Assembly (NCBI GenBank): GCA_021613535.1
Contig: CP075495.1
Location: 3,844,001 to 3,908,000, forward strand
Reading direction: 5' to 3'
From: Adineta vaga
Taxonomy: Eukaryota > Animalia > Rotifera
DNA: 64,000 nucleotides
Both the position numbers and the translations under genes were made by a program. Each line of letters starts with the position of its first letter. The stretch's first letter is position 1. Shown here in pieces: positions 12,001 to 23,900 of the stretch. The notes beneath the pieces were generated by a model that worked only from the letters and a program-made list of their open reading frames with translations, made no database searches and was not told the DNA's origin.

Positions 12001-15000
12001 AAACCATCGAAATTAATTCATCCATTTTGTCGGCTAGCATCACTTTATTCGGATATTGATTCATTATTTCCATATGGTGGACAAGATTCATATTTAAGAG
12101 AAGATCGACTCAATGTTTTAAAACTACTCGGTAAGATAAACATATTTTTAGAAGAAGAAGAGAATCTCATTAGTATGGAATGATTTGAGAAAGAATGTAT
12201 TAATTAAAGAAGATATATATATATCCAAATACGATCTATTGAGCAATATACAAGAAGAAAACAGTAGATAAGAGATTTTTCATGTTTTTTTCTTTCTACT
12301 GAATTACCAGTCGATTTGAATCTTTGATATTATCTATTGAAATCAAATGTAAGTTTAATTACCGAAAGATTCGGTTTTTCTTTTACAGACTAAACATCTA
12401 TCTACTAAGAATCGGAATGTTCCAGTAAGACTGAGAAGAAGAGAAAAAACAAATTTCATGAGAGCAATTTCTTCAAGGACATTCATATATCATCATATAC
12501 GTTTAATTATTACGATATATTTTGCAAAAATAATTTTCTTCTCTCTTTTTTTCTCTCTACCTTTTAAATAGGTATGAAATGTGATGACAACCTTGTAACA
12601 TGGCCTGAATTAGTCGAACGTTGTGAATCAATTCAACGTATGCGTGATTATGATCTTGCTCATGATCGTTCATTAGCACTTCTACAAATTCTCAATGATA
12701 TGCTAACTATGTCAAATTCCAATCCCACACGAACATATGATGATAATGACGATTCATCCGATCGTCGTTCTCGACAATCTTCATCAAGTTCACGAGATAA
12801 ATCAACAACTAATTCATCATCTTCTATTCTCAATACACATGAAGCACTTCATGATAAAGAAGCTCGAACACGGGCATCAATTCAATTACGTGAATTAGCT
12901 TTTATTCCAATAAAACCTCGTCCACAAGAATTAAATGGTATTAATTTAACATGGATGGGTGATAAATATCCCAATCGTTTATTTAAACCTCGTGATGTTC
13001 TTTCACCTCAATATGAACAATTAATTTGTTCTACATGGCCCATTGCTGAACAATCCAAAGTTCATCAAGAACAAATCATTATAACGAAACAAGTCGAACA
13101 TTTTCTTGCACTTGATGATGCAACAAAAATTGAATTAAATAGTGTTTTGAAACAACTTGATGAAATTTCCAAATTATCCATTGTAAATAGTTCGGGAACA
13201 GTAACATATAATCATCAAACAACATCGAAATATATACTTGATATGAGCTATGCAATTTATGATTATATACAAGCATTTTGTTTTCCACATTTACAAAAAT
13301 CGAATGAATTAGAATTTCGTTCGTCAACAATGACATCGACACAATTAGAACAAGTTAAAAATGAAATCCGAGAATATTTTTCTCAACGTCGTTTAGTTTA
13401 TTTTACCGATACATCATCGGTTGATACATATCTATTTCTTTCATTAACTCAATTATTATGGCAATCACCCAATCGTTCATCAAGTAAACATTCAAAACAT
13501 TTAAAACCATACTATTATTCCATTCCACCTTCATTACAAAAAAGTTATCGACATTTTTTTCTTGATCTATTACAAATTAAATCTCAATTAGATGGAAAAG
13601 ATCTTTTAAATATAGTCGAACAAATTCGTAAGAAATATGGAACAAAACCAATTGATAAAGATGATTTAAGTCTATTACAAAATGTTTATACACTATTAAT
13701 CGAACAATATTCGAATGTTTTTCATACGAATATTCAATTATATTTACCAAATGTTGATTGTGTACTTCATCTTGGTTCGAACTTATTTTTTTATCCATTT
13801 GAAAGAGAACAAATTGGTAAGTGGAAGAATAAAACATATGTGTGTGTGTGTATGTATGTTTCGTTCTTCATTTCATTTTTCTTCTTCATATCCACCTCTC
13901 ATAAATAAGGTAATTCATCCGTAACATTGTATATTCTTTCATCTTTCTTCGATATGATGCATAATCATTGACATGGTCAATTAAATATAAATGTAAATAC
14001 ATACATGATGATCATCATCTTCTTTTCGGTATTTTTTATGAGCTTTCGAATGAGTACACAAGATATGCAAACATACTCAGCAGTAGTTTGCATTATTATA
14101 ACTGTAGCCTTGTCGTTCTCATCATCATCATTGCTTACTTTCTTGCCGTATTTAAAAGCAAGAGTACATTTCTTCTCTCGATTCTGTCCGTCATCTTATC
14201 GCGTCTGTGAAGCCATTGACACAATTGCCGTTATGGTTGTTGTGGTTGCAGTCTAGTTCGCTGTGCATAAGTCTTTATCAAGCAGAAGAAGAACAAAGAA
14301 AACGAAAGAAGCATAGTTAGTGTGTATATATATATGCTCCATTGTCCTTATGTGAAATGTCATCGACACCACGAAAATGCAATGATCAGACAATTTACTT
14401 CAAATTTCCATCTACAATAAATTGTAAAGAAGAAAAGAAAACTTTTTTCATTCATTCATTCTCTCTCTCTCTCTTTCTGTTCGATGCTTTAGCGGGTTTT
14501 TTTCTGTCCTTCTTTGCCCTCTCTTTTATAATGTTTATCTCTCTATCAAATTTCTCTCTTGTATATTTTTTTATCTTTTATTTTCATTTTACCTGTCTGA
14601 GTTACTTCTTTTCACGACATATATTTATTTTCTTTCGTAGTGTCAACTTCTTCTCCAGCTGCACAGAACGAACATTACGTGCATCCATCTGTTGATCGAC
14701 GTGTTTGTCTCAAGGCCGGTGTTAAAGTACAGAAAAATCCGACTGTTACAGCAACTGTCTCTTCAACTACTCCAAACAATACAAATATGTCGAATAATTC
14801 TTCAACAAATAATTCATCACGTTTATTTCCGAGAATTTTCGGAAATAAAAAATTAGAATCCATTCTTGCACGTCTCGATGATCCACATATCAATCCACAA
14901 TTAGTTGAAACAATGGATGAATCCAATCCCAATATCGTCTTAGAATTTCTCTTAGAATCTAATAAACATACTCAAATAACGAATAATTTATCGGATGATG

Positions 15001-18000
15001 ATATTATCATAATATTAAAATATTTCAATGATTTTTTAACAAGTGGTTTTCAAGGTAATTTTCAAAAATTACGTGAATTGAAAATCTACAAACCACTTTG
15101 GGGTATTGCATCAACGGATGATAGACAACAACCAATTCAACAATGTTGTTCATTAGAAAATTTTGCACATGTTTATATTTTAAATGAAGAATGGTCGAAT
15201 ATAATTCGTCGTTCATTTAAACGAAATTTCTTTACCGAACAATTTCATGAGAAAAAAACTGTTCTATTAATGCAAAAGAAAATCGAACCATTAAGTAAAA
15301 TCTTTACACATATTCGTTTTATAATCCCATCGGATATGGAAATATTCATCCAATTATGTTTACCACATTTCAGAAAATTAGATGTTAGATCACAAGCTAA
15401 TCTATTGAAATATTTTACGGATGATATTGATGAAAAATTATTTCAACATGAAAAAGATCAATGTCGAAAACAATTACATGATCATTTAGAGATCTTTACA
15501 CAATTATCAGCAAATAATCATGAACATTCACATCGAACATCAAATGGCATTTCAAGATCATCGGTAAGAAATCTCATTTTCATTCATTGATTTCCTTCTT
15601 TTTTTGTTCTAGCGTGATCCACCAGAAATTTGTCCAATCTATGAACTTTACGATCCCAATATAAAAAATATTCGTTCCATATTAGGTGTTCATCATTTTC
15701 CCGATGAACAATTCCATACACCAACAATGTTGAAATTCCTTAAAGAATGTGGTCTTCGTTCTTATATTCCAACAGATAAATGTAAACAATTAATGGAATC
15801 AATTCAATTAAATATTAAACAAGAAGGTTGGACAAATGAATTACGTAAACGTTCGAAACATTTATATGAACATTTATTAATGAATTGGACACGTTATGAT
15901 AATTCAATCTTGGATTATAAATTTCTCGAACCATATCAAATGCATTTAGAAAGTGATGATCTCTTACAACTTCATGAACAATATACAAATTCATCGGATA
16001 ATACAACTCCAGCGGATCATTTTCGTCATACATGTATTAAATTAAGTGATGGCGAATTATTAAAAGATGCAAAATTATGTTGGACATCATCCTATTTATT
16101 ACCGGAATTTATTCGTCTTGAACAATTTAATGATTTTACTGAACAACAACAACCAATTGAACAAAATGCATTGGAATTTTTTAAATTAAATAAAAAACCA
16201 TCGTATGCATTAGTACAAAAGAATCTTTCAAATTTAGCAAAGAAATTCTCTCTCAAATATCATAAGATCAAGTTTGTTCTTTCTTTCATTTATTCAAAAT
16301 CAATTTTGATATTTTCATTTTGTTTATTTTTAGTAATAATTCAAAATCATCCCCAACAATCATTCCTCAACAAGGTACCGATGAAATTTTAATCACCGTA
16401 TTGAAAGTTATCTATCATTATTTTCAACATGAAATTAAACATGAACGTCGTGCAGATATTTATAAAGAATTAGAAGATCGAGAATGTATTTATTCTCGTA
16501 CACGTCGACAATTTCTCCATGGAAAATATTTTTGTTTAAATCTACCTATTGCCGATGAAATTCCTCCATTCTTATTTTCATTAGATCAAGATTTTCATGA
16601 ATATAAAGAATTTTTTCTTCATATCGGTGTACAATCGGAACCACAACCGATGTTATATGGAGATATTCTTCGAAAATTATCCAAAGTTTGTGAGCAAGAT
16701 TATTTGAATTCCAATGAATTATGTAAATCATTAAAAGCAATGGAATGTTTCTTCAAATATTTAGCTATTAATTCAACGATAAATTCACAAACAAAACTAC
16801 CTGGTAAGAACAATTTTCCTTTTCTTTTTCTCTCCTTATCGACGACAATTCGAATATTTTCATTCATCGAAAATGAATAAATCTCATGCTGTGAAAGTAA
16901 TATTTCACTCGTCTAGATGTAATTACCTGGAATACATTATATATTCCGTTTTCTTTCTCAAGTGATGAAGTACTAGAAATCGTTTTTGTGGTTTTCATTG
17001 ATGAAAAGAAAAAACTCCTACGCAAAGAAATTGAAAAAATTATCTAAAAGATTTGATGAATTTTCTTTCTAGGTCTATATCTTGTAACGAATGATTTTAA
17101 ATTAGTCAAATCTAATGATATTGTCATCATGGATGACAAGAGCAAACTTGATTATATGACGAAATTAGTTCATGATAAATTCATGTTTAATCCTAATGAA
17201 CGTGTTCTTAAACTTGATTCGAATCCATCGTCATCGACGAATTCAAAAAAGGATTCATCCATTACACATGTGAAAGATATTATTGATAAGATATTTGTTA
17301 GTCAACGTCCAGTACTTTTTACACAGAAATATGAAGAATCATTTTCAATAACGATTCCTGAAGATGAAGAATCTCATCGACAACGTTTTCTTTTCAATTT
17401 GGAAAGAAAATATAATCAGTTATTATCTTCACGTCATTTACATCGTTGTATGGCACGTGTCATTGCTAATCATGTTGCACGACAACAAAATCCAAAAATT
17501 ATCTCCATGGATGATGTAGAAAATCTTATTCGACAACGATTAACATTCGTCAAAGTTACATGTGTTGAATATCTTGAAACAAATTTAGTTTATAAAAAAA
17601 CTCAACAAAAAGTTGATCAATCTGTTGATGAAAAAGCTGTTTATTTAGTTGCAGAAGGTGAAGAAAATATTACATTATATATTAGTATGAAACATACCGA
17701 ACAACCGTATTTTACATTATGTCTTGCACGTGCATTAAGTCCATGTTTGGGTCTATCAGAATTACAATTAGATAATTCTGTTATGGCAGCTTTACTTGCA
17801 ACAACTATTGGTCAAATGTCGAAATTTTTAAATTTAGTTAATGTCGCAACAGAAGAAAATATTTTATCAACACTTAAATTACAATATATACCATCACCGG
17901 GTAATGTTTATGGTGATGATATTGAACAATTACAACAATTCAATATTGAAACACATCAAATTTTACCGGGAGATCTTTGTGTTTATCGTGATAATGATTT

Positions 18001-20072
18001 ATATATTTATTGTGAAGTTGAAAAAATAATCAAAGAATATCCAAATCAATCATCGAATGATCAAGATCATTGGTCATGGTCCAAAACGAATTCATCATCA
18101 TTAATGCCGTCCTATGTATTTATTTGTCGAGTGAATGATGCAAAAGATACTCAACGAATTGAAGCAGCGAATTTTTATGTTCTCGAACATTGGTCGCGAA
18201 TCTTTGATGCTGTACATACAAAACCTGTTGATGAACGAGAATCATCGAATACATCAACAGGATCAAGTTCAACGAATAATACACAAGGTAAGACTAAGCA
18301 AAAAAGAAAAAGATGATTCTCATGAGATTGAACATATCTTACGGGTGTATAATTGATTTGCTCAAATTGCTCTTGTTTCGTACGTAATATAAAAGTCAGT
18401 CTCTCTCTCTCTCTTTCTCTCTTTTTTTGTTTGATTCATGAAAATTTCTTGTTCTACTGTGCGTGTGTCGTCTCTAGGAAAAACTGGTGGTACAAAAGAT
18501 AAATACAACAGTGATAAATTCTCATCATCTTCATCAGCACGTTCCGAACGAAACAATCATGAAAATACTGGTTTTAATAGTGATCCTGGTTCAACAAATG
18601 GATTTGATCATTCGAAAACTTATCGTCAAACATCTGCTGATAGTGATTCATCCAGTAATCCAACAACTGATTCACAATCTGAATCTGAATCCACACAAAA
18701 TAATGAACAAGATGCTATTGACAAAACAGAATTAGAATTAATGAAAACCGAAATTTATAATGCTGTTCGACAAGCTTTTCAATTAACTGGACAAGAACGA
18801 AAGAAAACTGTGAAGAAATTATTATTAAAATGGCATCCTGATAAAAATCCCGGTCGTGAACGTTTTGCTGCTGAAGTTTTCAAACATTTACGTAAACAAA
18901 TTGATCATTTTGAAAACGATCCACTAACATCATTCTTTAATACATTTAATAATTTTCATCATTCACCATTTTCGGCTTCCGATCCGAAATTTAGTTGGAA
19001 TAAACATAGTTCAAATACAACGAAAACGAATCATCAACAATCACATACATCATCCGCAACGACTGATGATCGTTTTGGTAGTTTTGATAATTTAAATAAA
19101 GATGCAAACGATGAAACAAAACGTAGTTATCAAGATATACCAAATGGAAGTAATGCGAAAGATCATACAGATAATCATGATACCGATGGTAATTCAAAGA
19201 GTCGATTTAGTCCACATCGTTCATCATCATTCCGGACAGCACGTGAAGAATGGCAATATCGTCGTCAACATGGTTTTCAACGACGTCATGGATTTTTTAG
19301 TACAACAGAAGAAAATGCTGGAACAAGTAATTCTGGTGGTACAAATTCTCAAACAACCGGAGAAAGTAAGTAAACTATCATTGTCTTGCTTCAGTTTTGC
19401 TTCTTCTTCTTCTTCTTAATCGACACACGCACAGCATTTTCTCTACACATAATTATTAATTTTTTCCCTTTTTTTTATTACTAAACAATGATTCATTATT
19501 TGTTTGTTTTTTCTCATCGTAGAAGAAAGTCCTAATGCACGTCGAAAACGTAATTTTCAACAATCGGAAGCAGATCGATGGCTTAAACAAGCACAACATG
19601 ATTTAGAAAGTGCTTATAGTGATATGCATTCATCTACAGGTCAAGTTGCATACGATTGGGCCTGTTACAAATGTTATCGAGTAAGACTAATTGGTTTGGA
19701 ATGAAATAGATAATATTCATTTTTCTCTTTTAGGCGGCTGAAAAAGCATTGAAAGCGTATCATTACTATAAAGATACTGGAAAAAATATGACTGCAGATA
19801 TACCTGGATTGCTAATCGGTGTTGATAATGATGTAAGAGAAATCGGCTATAAACTATACAAATGGATTGGAGATCCAAATCGAATGCAATATCCAAATGC
19901 AGCACGATTTGCTAAAATTCCAGCTGAAGTATTCACTGTTTGTAAGTGGAAAATCTGTTCTTCTGCTATATATTTTATTTCTCATTTTTCTTTCGTTTAA
20001 GCTCAAGCGGAACAAGCTATTGAATATACAAAAGAATTATTGAAGAAAATTGAAGATATTATGTATCCATAA
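1..20072 (+). CDS. SACS: Sacsin-like protein (5'-partial, ~3,470 aa in window) with sacsin repeat regions, a C-terminal DnaJ domain and a HEPN domain
   Basis: 16 exons join in frame with GT-AG introns: <1-841, 992-1467, 1593-2114, 8959-9918, 9977-10495, 10804-11613, 11684-12130, 12572-13816, 14641-15563, 15613-16271, 16334-16803, 17073-18287, 18478-19365, 19523-19680, 19734-19941, 20002-20072 (TAA). Sacsin-like motifs: DQFSPL...NGTLIRLPLRT, WLENLWKYI, IPCTPNGRTLNKPSKLIHP...FPYG, LKPYYYSIP, the J-domain KWHPDKNP and the HEPN EADRWLKQAQHDL...WACYKC. Confidence 0.9.
2630..2705 (+). CDS. Candidate alternative first coding exon A of the sacsin-like gene (MGNYSDRYSQNSRRTESISPSARDR)
   Basis: ATG at 2630, 25 codons + 1 nt, donor GAG|GTAATA. 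Phase 1 matches the acceptor at 8958/8959. Confidence 0.6.
4176..4326 (+). CDS. Candidate alternative first coding exon B of the sacsin-like gene (MGNTHCARSSCSSKK...SNSISK)
   Basis: ATG at 4176, 50 stop-free codons + 1 nt, donor AAG|GTAATA, phase 1. Confidence 0.7.
5099..5411 (+). CDS. Candidate alternative first coding exon C of the sacsin-like gene (MASSNNGTSSLKKR...QLSPELN)
   Basis: ORF 5099..5434 is protein-like for 104 codons up to the donor ACG|GTAATC at 5411/5412, phase 1. Confidence 0.65.
6051..6072. repeat. (TA)n microsatellite, one of many intronic TA/CT/CTT tracts
   Basis: Direct reading. Similar tracts at ~960, ~4645, ~20495 and ~50555. Confidence 0.9.
6734..7525 (+). CDS. Candidate alternative first coding exon D of the sacsin-like gene (Ser/Thr/Pro/Arg-rich), with one apparent 1-nt frameshift near 7105
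   Basis: ORF 6734 (MDSRHSYS...) continues in the frame of ORF 7357 (HNSTTNPSQLYDEKSYSPRS...ALQQYVE) to the donor AGG|GTTCGT at 7525/7526, phase 1. Confidence 0.6.
18740..18920 (+). other. DnaJ (J) domain of the sacsin-like protein, HPD motif intact
   Basis: ERKKTVKKLLLKWHPDKNPGRERFAAEVFKHLRKQI matches the sacsin-type J domain. Confidence 0.92.
19567..20072 (+). other. Sacsin-type HEPN domain spread over three exons
   Basis: EADRWLKQAQHDLESA...YDWACYKCYR|AAEKALKA...RMQYPN...IPAEVFT...AEQAIE. Confidence 0.88.
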
Positions 20073-20976
20073 AAAGAAACAATCGATCAGTCTTCTTTCG
20101 TTCCTCATCTCTAGTCAAATGTTTCTTCTTCATCATCGTTTTTCTCTCGATTTTTTACAGTATGCGCTGGCATTCATCTTGTTGTGACGTATCATTTTTT
20201 CTTTCTGTGTTTTTTCTTCTTCTTGTCCTCTTTATCATTTTGCTTTGCCTAATACAACAATGAGAGATGGTCAAATCATCTCTTTTTATTTCTTTCTCTT
20301 TTTGTTATACATTATTTTTGCTGTTGCTGTTTTTTTTATACGAAATTTTTTTAGAAGTAGCAACATGTTTTTTATTAACAAAATGAAATAAGAGATGAGG
20401 GGAAATATCTGTACAAAAAAAGGTAAATTCATATTTCTTGTTTTCTTTTTTTTCGACGATTTTTTTGCTCTTGTCCTATTTAATTATTCATACTTTCTCT
20501 CTCTCTCTCTCTAGTTAACGTATACTAGTGATATGTTCAATCATGGAGTGTTTATCTTCTTCTACTACTTCGGTTTTGTGTTTCTTTTCATACATTGATC
20601 GAAATGTAGAGAAAAGATGCATGTTTGTTTGTGTGTGTGATTAGAAAAAAACAAAAAATAACAAAATGTTCTGATGGATTTTTTTCTCTTTTTTTTTCTT
20701 CCATTTATACGAGTGTCCGTGGTGATGATGTTCAAGTCGAATAATAAAAAATAATTATAGGAAATCATCGATTTAATTTCTTTTTATGTTTACAATCTAT
20801 GACTTATTAAGTAGATATTTTCTTATTATTGTATAGAAACTTGTAAAATAAATAAAAAGGAAAAGGTGAATAAAACGGATAAAAAATATTCGTGCAGTAA
20901 TATAAACGATTAAAATAATAATGAATTATAATAATTAAAAAAACAAACAACGAAGAAAAAGTTTCATAGTATTCGT

Positions 20977-23900
20977 CTATTTCGAATATTGTATAAGATC
21001 ATTCATTTGCACAGTATATCCATCGGGTGAATCAACAATTGGATTTGTTTGTGCAATTTGTGGGAAACGATTATAGAAAATAATTTTCACGACTTCAGGC
21101 CAATTCAATTTTTTTCCATGACCTAATTGATGTTTGGAATTTACAGATAAATAATTCGCTAGAACATTTAACAAACGTTCACGTTCTTTCATTTGATCTT
21201 GTGGGGTTTGAAATTTTTTATCTTGCGCCATATTGAAGAGAATATCATTAAATCCCGAAGGAATATCTTGTAAACCAAAATGAAGAAATAATGGACGAAT
21301 TTGTGTTTGAATTTGTTGAACTTGTTGTTCAGGAGCTAAATGAAAAGATTGAATAATAATGTTCGTATTGATTTCAAACTACTTACTCAATCCAGTTAAA
21401 TTAATTGTTGCACTTGCAGATGTTCCTGGTTTACGTTCTAAATGAAAATATTTGCATATATACTAAAATCATATAATATATACCTGTTACTGTGACGTTA
21501 AAATTCATAAAATGTGTTTGTATTTTGTTTTTAACATTGGCAACATATTTTCCAGCATGAGTATATTGTGCATTTTTAATAATCAAACGATGATTACCAG
21601 TTGCCGAGGCTTCAAGAACAAAATGTTCGCTAGCTTTGATTTGTTGACCATCTCTTGTCCAAATGACTTCAGGTAATGGTGTACCTGATGCTTGACATTC
21701 AAGCGTACATGAACCACCTTCACTAACACGAACTTCAACTGGTACAGATGATTCATCGGAAACATCTATTTTATTAGAAATTTATATTATCAATTGAACT
21801 TGCTGCAAACTTACCTCAGTAACTTTACTGATTAATTCAGTTATACTCATAGCATTTTCCACAACAGCCTAAGGAAAAATAAAAATAGAAATGAGAATTT
21901 AACCATCAATTTCTCTTACTTTATACATTCCTGCATCAGTTAATTCAACATCAAGTAATTTCAAAATATGTGTTGGACCATCGTCAATCATAATAACACG
22001 ATTTGGCTTAGCATGTAATTGTTTATCATTATGAAACCATATACATGAGGGTAATGGTGAACCATTAGCAGTAACAGTAATTGTCACTTCTTGTCCACGA
22101 GACACATCAAAATCTTTTAATTTTTGTTGTGTAACAGGTGGTGCTAAAAGACAAATGAAACAAAGTTTTCGTTTTTTTATCTATTCTCACTCATTGTTTA
22201 CACTTACGAAGAACATCAATATTGATTTCAGCTGTATGCGTACCATATTGATTTTCAACTTTACATTCATATTTTCCTGAATGTTTAATTGTTGCTTGTG
22301 GTATAATAAATAGTGAATGTCCAGTTTTTTCATCAATTTGAATATTAAAACCATCTTTATTCGAAAGAACTTTGCCATCACGTAACCAAGTAATTGTTGG
22401 TGGTGGATGTCCTTTTGCCATACATTCGATTGTTAATTTTTCTCCTGTTTTTATTTGAATAAATTTCGGTGGAGCTTGAGTAAAGATAGGTGCTTGTTGA
22501 CCAACAACTCGAATAATTCTCGTTCGAATTGTACCTGATGTACTTGTGATAACTGCTTGATATTCACCAAGATATCGTTCATGAAATTGATGAAAGATAA
22601 TACGATAAGTACCATCTTCAGTAACAACTAATTCGTAATCAGGTGAATTACTAGATAGTTCTTGTCCGTTTAATAACCAAACAACTTGTGGACGTGGTTT
22701 ACCTTGTGCACGAATTTCTAAGAAGAATTTCTCACCAATTTTCGCTGTATTTGCTGCTGGTGAATCATTCAAATCGGCTAATAATTGTGGTTTTTGTTCT
22801 TTGACATTTAGTACCGTTTTAATTTCTAAATTACCACCTTTATTTTTAATAATTATTGAATAAGTACCTTTGTCATCCGAACGTAAATCATCAATAACTA
22901 ATTTATAAGAATTATATTCATCCGTCACAAGACGTATACGATTATCAAATTGAATTTGTTTGGAATCTTTATACCAAGTTACAGTATTATTTTCACCACT
23001 AAGACGTATTGGTATTTCAGCTTGATCACCAACATTATAATTAAGATTTGGTTCAAGTTTAGATTCCAATTTTGGTTTCGTATGAACTGTTAATGTTGTA
23101 CTTGTTTCAACTTTTTCAAGGCCATTATCAATAACAGCTGTGTATTTACCCGTATCAGTTGTATCTAATTTTGGAATAGTTAAAACTGTTTGATTAGGAT
23201 TATCTTTTGATATTTCAATTTTATGTTTAGGTGAAGGTTTAATTGGTTGACCATTGAAAAGCCATGTAACTTTTGGTTGTGGAAGACCTTCAGCTTCAAC
23301 AGTTAATGTTATTGATTCACCAAGAACACCGTCAATTGTGTCGGGTAATTTCGTTTTAACAACAAGTGGTGCGGTGACTGTTACTTTCACTGGTTCGGTT
23401 TTTTGTTCACCTAATTTATTCTTAGCAATTAATGTATAAGTACCTTGATCATCTTGTCCAACATCAGTTGTCACTAATCGACAAACTTTTGTCTTATCAT
23501 CATAGGTGATTTGTGTTTTCGGTGATGGTTTGATTTCTTTACCATCTTTCATAAAGATTATGTCAGGTTTGGGTTTTCCATCAACAATATATTCGAGTAC
23601 TAAAGTTTCGTGTTGTTTCAAATCAGTTTTATTTGGTTTTGATGATGGTTTGATAGAAACATTATCAACCGTTGTAACTTGAACGTTTGAATCGATTTTT
23701 CCCAATGGATTTTCAATATTAATACGATAATTACCTTCATCTTCGGGTCGAACATTTTTTATTTTGATTTCATATGTTGTTGAATCCGTTGGACTAGGAA
23801 CAAGTTCGTAATGATCCCCATTTAATGGTATTTGTATTTCATTTTTATATAATTTAATTGTTGGTTCTGGTGTTGCTAAACATTTGAAGAGTATTGTTGC

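Noticed and set aside
13968-14256. Two overlapping ORFs with hydrophobic stretches inside a sacsin intron
   Set aside because: I could not establish a convincing splice path or any homology. The ORFs are compatible with chance.
19567-20072. HEPN domain as a prokaryote-like toxin or Cas13-type RNase system
   Set aside because: It is the standard intron-split C-terminus of sacsin following the J domain. No RxxxxH RNase motif or partner nucleotidyltransferase is evident.
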